Of a DNA stretch of 64,000 bases, positions 25,430 to 37,427 are shown piece by piece. Both the position numbers and the translations under genes were made by a program. Numbering within the stretch: position 1 is the first letter of the stretch; each line of letters opens with the position of its first letter. This DNA comes from Vicugna vicugna (taxonomy: Eukaryota), in NCBI GenBank assembly GCA_013265495.1, contig MU058815.1, positions 442,523 to 506,522 of the forward strand. The letters run 5' to 3'. Below the pieces are notes generated by a model. It saw only the letters and a list, made by a program, of their open reading frames with translations. It ran no database searches and was not told the origin of the DNA.

Positions 25430-27840
25430 AAAGAAAAAAAACATCAAACAAAACGGAGACAGAAAGGAAGCATTAAAAATAGAAACATATAACCCCCAAA
25501 AGATGACAGATTTAAGGCCCTTTATTTATATATTTACACCTATATTTAAGGTCTTTATATCTATTATATTTATTATATACAATATATTATATGTTATCTC
25601 AATAAATAATTAAAGAAAACTTATTATATAGAAGAAAAAGACAATCAGGATAAAAATTCAAATAAAGCTATTTGTTCTATTTAAAATATCTGTCTAAAAC
25701 CAAAGAAGCAGAAAAACTTTCAGGAACAAAGACTTCCTAGGCAGATGCCATAATTAAGAACAACAACAAAAAAATCACGTAATATTAATATACAAGATCT
25801 AATTAGAAGCAGGGACACTTTGAAATTATTAAGGGTACAATCCTCAATGAGGAACCATCATGACTATATGCAGTAAATGTCAGTGTCCACAACACAAAAA
25901 TCAGAGAGACAGACAGAAATAATAGCACAGGATACTGGAATTTACCTCTCTGCCTTAGGAAGATGAAGAACACAAAAAGTAAGTAAAGATAAAGAAAAAT
26001 GAAGTTACCTAACCAATGAGGTTGCTCTAAACTGAGATCCTATCTAAGTTACCACTGGATATAACACATAATAACCACATTTTAAGTCATTAAAAAAAAC
26101 TTCAATTACTCCAACACCAGAATACAGCAGACCACACTTTCTGTAAACAAAATCCAATAAAACTGGAAAATAACTCCCTTAAAGGTTTTAAATGTCCTGC
26201 TGGAGCAATTCTTGAATCACAGAGAAAATAATAATTGAGATTACAGACTATTTGGAAAATAACAAGAAAAACATTACACAACATGTAACACCATCTAAAA
26301 GCTGTAGCCAAAGCTACACTCATAGGAAAATTTATACCCTTAAGAACTTGCCTTACTTATAATAAAACTGTTCTAGAAAACTAAGTGAGATCAGCCAGGA
26401 AAATTCTGAGGGGAATGTGTAAAGGGACAGACTAATCCCACCAAATATTAAAATTTATAAAGCTACAGTCATTAAAAGTGGAACAAACACAGAATCATCC
26501 AGAAATAACACGAGATGAACATGAAATTTATAATACCAAGAAGAGTCTACTTTTCCAATAACTGAAAAGGAACAGATTATTTATAACAAAGGTGTTCAGG
26601 GCAATTCATTTCTCTGAGGAGAACAAATAAAGTTGTATACTAAATTCTATGTGAATGAAAGATTTAACCATAAAAAATAAGTCAAAAAGCTCCCCCGAAA
26701 AAGGTTAGTTTTTTAAAATAATCTTGGAATGGAAAGGAGATTCCAGTGTCTGACTCAAAACTCAAAATGCATAAAATGAAAGCTAGCTAAGTGTGACTCC
26801 ATAAACCCTTGTGCCCGGAAGCCATCACAAGCAACGGGAAAGGATGACCTGGTGAGAAATATTTTCACACAATCTGGAACAGAGCTAAAAAGTCACAGAA
26901 ATCAGTGAAACAATTGAGAAAAATAAGAAAATTAGTAGAGAAAGCACACATTTATTCCCCCAGCCCTGACCGAAAAAGAGAATCGAAGGACTTATGAAGA
27001 CATTCAGCCTCATGGACAATTTTTAAAATGTCAATACAAAGAAATCACATGCCATTTCTATGCTGCAGACTTACTAAGATTAAAATGCCTGACAACTTTC
27101 AGGGCTGGTCGGGGTTTGGAAAAAACCAGAAAAACTGGGAACATAGACTGTTGCCCCCTTCTGGAAGAGCAACCTTATAAAATCTGTCAACAATCTATAT
27201 AAATTATCTTGGACCAAAAAAAATTCACTTGTGGTAACTGACTCCACAGATGCACACTGTAGCAGAACCAAAAATGTACTATTTTCCGTAATTGTGAAAA
27301 ATCAGACGTCTCCACCCACAGTAGACCAATGAAATAAACAATGCATACCCAAATGACAGATATTAGCAAGGTTTAAAGAAGTGAAAAGTGTGTGGTGTGC
27401 ACTAATACGGAAAGATCTGTATGACCTATTTGTGAAAACAGCCACGCTCAGTTCACCGTGCGTGGTATAACCTCACTGTGCTTAAAAACAAAGCAAGGAT
27501 GCTACAATGTGGATGAGCCTTGAAAACATTATGCTCGGTGAAAGAAGCCAGATACAAAGGCCACATCTTGCATGTTTCTATTTATATTAAATTTCCAGAA
27601 TAGGCAAATCCAGAGAGACAGTGAGTAGATCAGTGGTCGCAAAAGGCTGGGGGGTGGGGGGAGTGAGGAGTCGCTGCTAATGCAAGGGGTTTTTCTCTAG
27701 GAGTGATGGAAGTGTTCCGGAAGTAGACAGAGGGCCCCGGTTGTACAAGTCTGCCAACGGACAAAATGCCACCGGACTGTGCACTTTAAAATGGTTAATT
27801 TTATGTTCTGTGCATTTTACCGCGATTTTAAAAATACATA
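25430..27840 (+). mobile_element. Highly degraded old L1 ORF2/3' remnants
   Basis: A-rich sequence with L1 ORF2-like phrases (aaagctgtagccaaagctacactcataggaaaatttata, tataaagctacagtcattaaaa) and an L1MB/ME-like 3' end at about 27500-27840. Confidence 0.6.
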
Positions 27841-29944
27841 AACAAAAGAGACGCACAGACCAGCACGTGTGCCCGGGAAAGGTCTGGAAGGAAGCACGAA
27901 GACTGTCCGCAGTTTCTCAAGCCATCAGCATTTGTTTACTGGGGTTTTGTCTTGTTTTGCTTTTCTTGATTACTACCTAATCAAGGAATAAGTGCATTAC
28001 CCTCATTTAAAATTAAGATCCAGAGGGAGCTACATGAAGTCCCTTTCGATCACACCCCAATGCCAGGAGGGCCCTTTTGTAAGTATCTGTCTAGAAAAAA
28101 GACAAAGTATGTAGTAGGATTTTGTGGGAGTTTCCACGTAGTGGTTTTTTGAATAAATGTTCATAATTATAAATAGATAACAGAGCCTCAGCCACAGCTC
28201 CCTCTATATCATGAGGGCACCCCACCCTCCGCCCTCCTGCCACGCACACCCCCAAAACCCAGGGCAGGGCCCTTTCTACCACTGGGGAGAAAAGCCATTA
28301 TAAAGAGCACTTTTAAAACCTTAATCCCAGGCAGATCAACTGGTACCCAGACTTGGACATTCCTTCTTTTCTTTTGTTCTGAATCAGCTTGGCTTTTCGA
28401 CCCCATAGAAAATTGTGCTTAGACAACTAGAAGAAATGTGACTATTTGGGGTTTTTTTTTTCCCCTTAATTATTTTTTTTTTTAAGAAAGAAAATAAATG
28501 GGCTCAAAGTTTAGCGTAGAAAAAAAAAAGTAAGTGAACCTTATCTGAACTCTAAAAACACTTCACTAATTAGAGGTAACTGTGCCTGGGCTCTGCCTTG
28601 CGAAACAAAGGACTGTCCTCCTTCCAAAATAGAATGAGGATGGCACACTGAATTTAGCCAGCAGTGAAGTTAAACTAGTGCGTGACTGTATGTCCAAAAA
28701 GCTAGCTGAATCTTAACTGTGAAACAGTTATGTGCTTGGCAACTCTTGACCCAATCAGAAGGCTGCATCAGAACTACACGTCTAGTTGCCAACCCAAAAG
28801 GCGTCCTCTGGGCTCCTTCTTATAAAGCTGCCCTCCAGTCAGATGCCCAGCGGCCCCTTGGTGCAGGCTGACACCCCTACACATGCTCGTCCCTGACTCT
28901 TACCCTCTGTCCGGCTCCGTGTGTAGCCCCCGCCCCCCAGCATCCAGTGGTCCCTACACCAGGTGCCCCTCTGGGAATCAGCTGGCCTCGCACCCCTGCG
29001 CCCCCTCACCCGGGGTCTCCAAGAAGCTACTGGGGAGCCAGCCAGCGGTCCTCCTTAGCAAACTCAGGGCCAGCACAAGTCAATGCCTCTTCCCGTCCTC
29101 AGGAACTTCCTGCTGCCTTGAGAGCTACCCCTGTGCCTTGGAACAGAACAAAGCTGAAGGAAGGAGCCTCTGGTCCAAAGGACAGGGAAATTCACTTCCA
29201 AGAACCCCCTTCCTCACAAGCCCTCAGGACCAGAGAATCATTGGGACCCACTGGCGTCTTCCTCCCCATTTGGTGTTCCCAGGGCCTCCCCACGGGGCCA
29301 GCCTCCAAGGAGTCCAATCGCCTCCTGCTTCAAAGGCCTCCAGGCCCAGATCAATCACACGGCTGACGGCTGCGCCATCCCCGCACCCAAGGATGCGTGC
29401 TTTTGTTGGATTTTGTTTCTGTTGTTTCCCAGGCTCCCCCAAGGGAAACAAAGGCCAGGATGGGTGCCTGGCATCCAGGGGCCTCAACGGGCCACCTCAC
29501 TCTGCTCTGACCTCCTCCGAGAGGCCCCCATCAAAGCCTCAAGTCCCTTTCGAGAGCCAGGCCAGCAGCTGGAGGAAGGTGAAGAGGACAGATGGGCAAC
29601 TGCCCCAGGGACGCCGGAGAGCAGGCTGGACACAGGGCTGGTCACAGAGAGCTGCTCCAGAGGCCACACGGGGCTGGCCGTAACCTTGTCCAGGGGAGCA
29701 GCCCCAGACAGCAAGCTTTCAAGGAAGTGGACTTGCCCTCAGATGCCAAGTGACTCACCTGTGTCAGGTCATGGGCACACAGAGGCACCTTGACCTCAGC
29801 TCATGCCTCGCCTGGCGAGTCTCACTTATGACCCCGACACTAGCCAGACGCAGAGCTAAGCCAGTCAGCCACCACATCACCAGAAGTGTCCCTTAGCAGC
29901 GGAACCTTTCCATCAAATAAATTCCTACGCAGATGCTCTGAAAA

Positions 29945-30119
29945 TCGCCCCTTTTTATAAGGACATCAGTCCTACTGGATTAGGGTCCACCCTAATGACC
30001 TCATTTTAATTTGGTTACATCTGTAAAGACCTCTCCAAATAAGGTCACATTCTCAAGTACTGGGGGTCAGGACTCCAACACTGTATCCTGGGGAGGGAAA
30101 CACTATTCAACATGTAACA
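29945..30119 (-). mobile_element. MLT1 LTR fragment
   Basis: ttataaggacatcagtcctactggattagggtccaccctaatgacctc...ccaaataaggtcacattc. Confidence 0.8.
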
Positions 30120-30199
30120 GCGTAATATTCTCTTTATAATAAAAACTCACGAAGCGAGAGCAAGGAACTTCCATCTCAATCGCCATACAACTTCAAACT

Positions 30200-30340
30200 G
30201 GGGGGAGGGTGTAGCTCAGTCGTAGAGCGCATGCCTAGCATGCATCAAGGTCCTGGGTTCAATCCCCAGCACCTCCATTAAAAATAAGTAACTAAATAAA
30301 CCTAATTACCTCCCCAACAAAAATTAATTAATTTTTAAAA
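30200..30340 (+). mobile_element. Vic-1-like SINE
   Basis: ggggagggtgtagctcagtcgtagagcgcatgcctagcatgc...; TSD aactt(c/g)aaactg. Confidence 0.9.
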
Positions 30341-33019
30341 AAACTTGAAACTGTAAGTTTGAAAGACAGCTCCAGTCCCATTCCACCTCAGTGTACTTTC
30401 AGAGCTCCTGTATTTTGCTTCAGTTTCAGAACATCAAGAAAATTCTGATCTGGGGGGCCATTTACACGCAGTAAAAGGATCTCAGCAGCTCTTGGAGCAA
30501 ACTTAGAATCCTAGGCTTACGCAGACATGGCTGGTCCCGTCCACACCAAAACCAGCTGACCCGAAGGTGCGGGCGGACACACCACTGGGCGGGCGTGCAG
30601 CATCCCCAGGGCGAGGTTTCACGACAGCTCTAAAAAGGTCACGTGTCTAGAAGGGGATTTGGGTCGAACATCTGTAAAGCCATGAGGTGTCCACTGCAGA
30701 GAACTAGCGGACGTGAGTTTCCTGCACCCCAACCTTCCATTCCTTTACCTGTTCATACAACCCCAAAGGTCCACCCCTGAAGAGCGTTACGACTCGCTTA
30801 AGAACTTCACGGTCTCCTCTGTGAACGGACTTCTCGCTTTTTTCCTTCTCCTTTCCCTCTGGCCGGAGCTGGGCGAGAACTTTTTACAGAGCAAGGAGAA
30901 AGATGCGGGGAGACAGGAAGTGCAACAGTCCCCACTAATTTATTTAAACGTGTAGACAGAAATGTCTTCCCCCGGGGGCTTAAAGCCAGGCTCCATAACC
31001 CCGAGCACAGGAGCGATGCTGGAATCAAAGACCCCGAAGATTCCTGTAGCGCCCTCCTGTCTCCTCCAGGGTGACCGCTGTCGTCAGTCGCACGTGTGGA
31101 CTGGAGATCATGATACCCACAGAAATGGGGCAAGGAGGCGGGATGTTTTAGATCAGTCCCATGCAGCACATATCCTTCTGCAACCTGGCTTTCTCCTCAC
31201 CCAGAATCTCGCTTTGGAATCTCCCCCTCCATCCCCATTTAGCCGCTGTCCAATAACCAGGAGCTGAGACATGGTGCCAGTTCCATTTTCTGGCCCTCGT
31301 TCAATGACATGGCCACGTGTCCAAGCTTTCACTATCAGAAACGGCGCAGCAGCGAACAACAAGCCTCCCGGGTGTGCACGCATTTTTTCAGGACCGGCCA
31401 CAGAACACGTGTGTTTCAAATGTCCCGCGGCCCTCAGCGTGGCGACTGACACACACAGGGCCACCTCCCCGCATCACCGCTGACACGCTCCTGGTTATCC
31501 ACGTCCGACTCCAGGCGAGGCTCAGGCAGAACACTGGGAAACGTGCCTTACAATCTGTGTTCTCTTGAATCCTGCTAAACCCGAACTCTTTCCTTACGTT
31601 TCTGGCCTTTTGGACTTGTTTTTCGGCAAAGTGCCTGCTGTACTCTGTGTCCCTCTTTTAACTGGAACGTTTATCTTTTTTTTCTTTACGAGTTCTTTAT
31701 GTCTTCTGGATGTAGACTCCCTCATCTGTCCTACGTTTGGTAAACACCTTCTCTCCAGCCTACAGTCTGAATTTTCAAGGGGGATGTCTAACCCTCCACA
31801 CCAGAAAGCACAAAACCCAGTCTTCCGTTGTATTGTTGTTGAAAAGCCGGGGAGGGGACAGGACAGGACACACCTGAAAGCTGAAATGCCATCCTCCCTC
31901 CCTTTCTACACCTTAATACCCTTTGTGTTCATGTGCTGGGGTCTCTGAGAATGGGCAAGATTTGGCTTGCCTTGTTCAGGGCTCTGCAGGGCACTTCTTG
32001 AGGTGGGCATAGGAGCACCCTGCCAAAAGAGGGGACCAGAATGAAGGGCTGGACTGGACACAGCTCAACGGGGCCCTTCCTGTCCCCTCCACACACCACA
32101 CACTTCGCTTCTCAAGGTGGGTACCTGGGCCGCTGCATCAGGACCCAGCTCTGTGCAGGTTCCTCCTGAGCAGAGTCGGAAGCTCAGACCCAACGGGGAA
32201 CCCCAGGGTCCAGCTGTGCTGACGGTCAAAGCCAAGATGAATGGACGCACCCTGCCTGGGTCCCACTGCCAACAAACCAAGGGTAAAAGGCCATTTTCCA
32301 GGAAGCTGGGAAAGGTGGGCAGGGCCTGGGTATCAAGTCACACTTGCCTGTGATAACAGTATAGAGATTATGTGGGAAACAGTTCTTACCATTCACGCTG
32401 ACGTATTTACAAAACATTAAAAGTTATGTTTAATTACAAATAATTAAAAAATTAAAGCTGTCTGGGACCCACAAAGTGGGCGCCAGAGAAATGAACCAGA
32501 ATTCACAGAACGTGGTAACTGCTGACATCGGGTGAAAAATACATAGGGGTTCACTGTCATAGTCTAACTGTATGTGTGTTTGAAGTTTCCTATTGTAAAA
32601 GGCTCATGGAAAAATATGGTAGAAGTTCTGGCCATCCAGACACTGGACCAAGACTTGGTGACTTTTGTTCCTTGAGGAAACGCTGTCTAGTCTGAAAGGC
32701 ACGCGGAGCCCGCCCCGCCCCGCCCCTGGGGGAGGTCTGACACCATTTCCCATAAGATCATAACCGCTGGGAGTCCTCATCCTCCGCGAATGTGCTCTAC
32801 TGTTGATTCCACTGGCGACAGTCACACATTTGTATCAATTTCACATAATTTGAGTCCTTTATTTTTAAGTCATGTCAAATTTATCCAAGAATTGAAAGAC
32901 TCATGCATGAAACTCCCCTCTGCTCGTTCATTATGCAGAGTCACTAACTTTTCACATTTCACCCCGGGTGCTTCATCATTCTCATTGTCTTTTTGTTTTT
33001 TTTTTTTTTTATTCTAAAC

Positions 33020-33770
33020 TATCTGAGAGTAGGTTGCCAACACTCATCCCTTAGCATCAAGTGTACACTCCCTAAGACTGAGCATGCTCTCTCCCATACG
33101 TAACCGCCACACAATTCACAAATTCAGGAAAGTGCACTTTGACAGCACTTTCAAATAATTTACCTCCACATTCCACTTTCATTCCAAAGACACGCACATC
33201 TGCGGGTTTCCACTCCAGTGCGGTCCTGACCAGGATCACATTCTGCCTTTACCTGCCACGCCCTCTAGTCCCCTTTAAGCTGGATCCGTTTCTTGGCTGG
33301 TTTTGTCCTTCACAACGTTGACATTTTCCATTACAAGCCAGTTGTTTCATAGAATGTTCCTCCATTCGGGCTTAGTGGTTTCTGTCACCAGCAGACCCAG
33401 GTTCTGCATCCCCAGCTGGAATGTAAGTTACTGGAGGTCCCTGTCGGTAGGACAATGACCGCCTGCCCACACTGGTTATGTGAGCCTTGGTCACGGTTAG
33501 GTGACAACTGCTTTCTCCAGTCTGCAGTTGCTGTCCTCTTGCAGATAAGGGCTCTGTGGGGAAATCCTCTGAACCACGAACATGTCCCGCTCCCCATAAA
33601 CGTGGCCCGACATAACTGCATCCAACATTCATTGAAAACTCTTGCCCAAATCAATCTGCACAGTTACTGTTGCAAAACATAATTTTTTTCCAAGTCACAT
33701 CACTTTTATTGGCTGGCATTTTACTGTAAAAAAGTGCCCTCTCTTCACCCTCTTTTCCATTCATTTACAT
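33020..33770 (-). mobile_element. Old L1MC-like remnant
   Basis: tctgagagtaggttgcc...caggatcacattctgcc...gccagttgtttcatagaatgttcc. Confidence 0.55.
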
Positions 33771-33774
33771 AACC

Positions 33775-34310
33775 TAGGGGGTTAAAGAGTATCACCCCAA
33801 AATTCATATGCACCCAGAAACCCCAATGTGACCTTACTGGAAAGTAGTTTTTACAGAAATAACAAGTTAAGGACCTCAGGATGAAACCACCTTGGATTTC
33901 AAGTGGGCTTAAATCCAATGACTGATGTTCTTATAAGACTTTCTGGTCAATGTCTTGTAATAATAACCTTTAATAGAAAAAAGTATGAAAACAAATATAT
34001 GTATGTATATGCATGACTGGGACATTGTGCTGCACACCAGAAATTGACACACTGTAACTGACTGTACTACAATAAAAATAAAATTAAAAAATGTTCTAAT
34101 TTAAAAATATTAAAAAAAAAAAAGAAGAGGAAGGGACACGGAGAGACATCTAGAGAAGAAGGGCAGGTGGAGATGCAGTCACAAGCCAAGGACTGCCAGG
34201 AGCCACCCAGAACTCAAAAAGGTAAGAAAAAGGATTCTCTCAGGGCCGTCGGATGAGGCATGAACCGCTGACACCTTGACTCTGGACTTCCAGCACTATG
34301 AGGAAATCAG
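33775..34310 (+). mobile_element. MLT1 LTR interrupted by an L1 3' end (about 33945-34123)
   Basis: ccccaaaattcatatg...aatgtgaccttact...aaatccaatgactgatgttcttataaga | L1 tail | aagccaaggactgccaggagccacc...gacaccttgactctggacttc. Confidence 0.8.
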
Positions 34311-34319
34311 TCACACTTC

Positions 34320-34962
34320 CTGTGATGGCTACTATCAGTAAAACAGAAAATAACGAATGCTGACAGTATGGTAGCGACTCAGAAAATTAACCACAGTACG
34401 ACCATGTGATCCAGCAATCCCATTTCTGGGGATATACCCAGAAGAATCAAAAGCGGGGACTTGAACGGATTCTCTGTCCACCCATGTTCGTAACAGCACT
34501 GTTCACAACTGTCAAATGGTGGGAACAACTCAAATGTCCACCAACAGGTGGAAAAAACAGAAAAACAAAATGTGGTTCGGTGTTTGTGTGTGCGTGTGTG
34601 AAATGGAGCATTATTCAGCCTTTAAAAAAAATTACTGGCACATATTACAATATGAATGAAGAAGCAGCCAGTCACAGAACAACGAAAGGATAAACACCAT
34701 GAGTCCATTTCACTGAAGTGCCTACAGTAGTCAATTCATAGAGACAGAAAGGAGAGTGGGGACCTCCAGGGCTGGAAGGGGGAATGGGGGGTTGTTTCAT
34801 GGAGACAAAGTTTCGGTTTGGGGAGGGTGAAGAACTTTCTGGAAATGGAGGGTGGTGACGGTGGCACAACATCGTGAAGATATTTAATGAGTTGCTAGTG
34901 AATTACACATTTCAATATAGTCTAAAAGGTCTATGTTATATATTTTATCTGAATTAAAAAAA
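34320..34962 (+). mobile_element. L1MB-like 3' region
   Basis: gatccagcaatcccatttctggggatatacccagaagaatcaaaagc...aattcatagagacagaaag. Confidence 0.8.
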
Positions 34963-35640
34963 GATCTGAGGTAACCGTCATCACTTTCTGGTTTCTCGTT
35001 TCTGTGTTTCTTTTTGCCAAAGAAGCAGGTGCACAGCCAGCCAGGCCCTCCACCTCTCATGCTCACTCAAGACAGGGTTCCCTCTCTCACCTTCTCCTCT
35101 TGCGACTTATTGTGGTCCTTAATTTTTCTTTCTTTTAAGCTGCTCTGGAAACATACCCAGTGGTATACAAAGGCTATGAGATGGTGACCTGGGGGCTGTT
35201 TCACTCTCAGGAAGAAAACTCTCAAATTCCAAACGTTATTTCCAAATGTTCTGTAAGAGCTGAAAACATAACATCCTGCAATAAAACGAAGTGTACACTT
35301 CACCGAATGTGACCCAGAGGTTGTGCCTAAAAGCATTCTCAGCCTGAGCTCCCCACCACCCCACTCCCTTCCTCTGCCCCTCTTACCATCCATCCGTGGG
35401 CCGCTCACTTTCCAGATGGAACTTGCACACCCAGACTCAGTTCCTCAGCGTCTCCCAAATCCTGCTCATCGTCCTTCCCAAGCCCGTTTGCTGCCAGGAG
35501 CCAAAATGTTGCGTGCATCCCTCCTCCAGACCCCTAAGGAATGACTGGACTTTTCCTCCTGCCTCAGTTTCCTCCCACGATGCTCCCCAACCAAGACCTT
35601 TCCTGGGAATTCCTCCAACAAATCCAAGACCAAACCCCCT

Positions 35641-35775
35641 GGGGAGAAGGGTATAGCTCAGTGCTAGAATGAGTGCCTAGCAAGCAGGAGGTCCTGGGTT
35701 CAATCCCCAGTACCTCCATTAAAAGTAAGTAAGTAAATGAACCTAATTACCTCTCCCCTCCAAAAAAACAAAAAA
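35641..35775 (+). mobile_element. Vic-1-like SINE
   Basis: ggggagaagggtatagctcagtgctagaatg...ggtcctgggttcaatccccagtacctccattaaaa. Confidence 0.9.
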
Positions 35776-36994
35776 CTAAGTCCCCTGATTCTTCATGCAC
35801 CTCCTATCTCGGGTGCAAACACTACTCTCTAACACCCACCCCACCTCCAGCTGCAAAGCCGGCTGCAGCGTGGACTCGCCCTTGCCCTGCTTGTCGCATC
35901 CCATCCTGATTCTCCTGGGAGCAATGATCCGCACACTCTGGCCTTCCCCTTTCCCCTTCGCTCTGGCTGCCTTGGGTTCTTACTGCCTCTTCCCAGTTCT
36001 GCCCTTTTCTTACAGCCCTCTCCTGCCTGCAAACACATTCCGCAAACATTCGCACACACATTCCACGGCCGCCCACGTGGCCGCTGCCGGAGGTGAGCGC
36101 GGAGGCCTCGCGAGGGCGGGCCGGGCGGGCCGCTGTCAGGCGTCATCACCGGCCGGCTCCCTCCTCCTGCCTTTGGCAAATCTTCGCTGATGCACGTCGG
36201 ACTCAGTTCAGACCACCAGCGTGTCCTCAAATGTCACCGCCCGACTCCGCTCCCGCCCCCACAGGGACTTCCTTGCCCACGTGGGAAACTGCTTTTGCGT
36301 CCCCGCCCCACGCGCCCGGCCTAGTGCGGGGGGCCTGCCAGGGAAGCGGGCGGGTCTCCCCTGCCTCTCCTCTGCTGGGAGTCCTACAGTCCACGCTTGA
36401 AGCCTTCTTCCCGCGACGGTCGTTACCTTTCACCACCTGACGATCTCCCTAATTCGAGTGGGTGTCACTCGATCACCATTTCACGCGGTTTTCTCAGTTG
36501 CAAACAAGCCATGGTGTCGCCCCCCCAAACGCGCACGCGCACATATGTGCGTGGGCGCACGTGTTCACATAATCTTGTCTGGCCCCTTACATTCAAGTTC
36601 TTAAAAACGAACATTTCCCCCCAAATCAGCACTGCATGGTAGGCAAGTCCATAAGCTAAGGTCTGCGGCCTTGGTCATCACACGTCTGCCAAGCCCCTCT
36701 TGGGACAGGGCCCTCTGGTCCCAAAGAGTCGAGTCAATCCAGCTCGTTTTTGCCTTCAAACCTCCCACAGTCAACGAACAGAACTCTAGGCAAACAAGGA
36801 GAAGCGCTCCTCCTTGCCCAGGACTCCACCAGCTGCTCCCCAAGCAACAGGCCCAGACACACGGACTCTGGACAAGAGGAGTGCTGGCCGACAGCCCTTC
36901 CTGCAAGGAGGCACATGGCCTCTGTGTCCGCGGGCCACGGGAGCCACCCCGTCACCTGCGGCCACTGAAACGCAGCCAGTGCCGTGGAGGGACT

Positions 36995-37077
36995 GAAGCT
37001 TTCATTTCAGTTTAATTAATTTTAACCTGAGTAGTTACATGTGCCCCGCGGCTACTAAACGCCACAGCGCAAGTCTA
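36995..37077. mobile_element. MER3/MER33-like hAT fragment
   Basis: atttcagtttaattaattttaa...tagttacatgtg...gctact...acagcgca. Confidence 0.5.
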
Positions 37078-37390
37078 CAATGAGGATTTCTGTCATTTAA
37101 CTGCACGGTGGGTTAACCCGCTCTCCAGGAGGGCGCTGGGGTGTGGAAACCATTAGGCTGGGAGCACTGCGGACTTGGGGGAAGCCCTCCCCCACTCGCC
37201 CAGGATTTGAAGCAGCAGCCACATTCTCCCCAGATAACATCTCAAAAGTGACAGAGTGCTTACTGAGGCTCATTCCAACGACAATTAAAGACACACACAC
37301 CACATCCCACAGGAACGTAAGACTTTCTAGAGGACAAGCCACTTAGTCTAATGAGACTAAATTTTTCTGTAATTATTTCCTTCCCTTTGG

Positions 37391-37427
<37 letters not shown>

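Noticed and set aside
28883..29793. 266-aa and overlapping ORFs
   Set aside because: Low-complexity composition, no domain or convincing exon structure.
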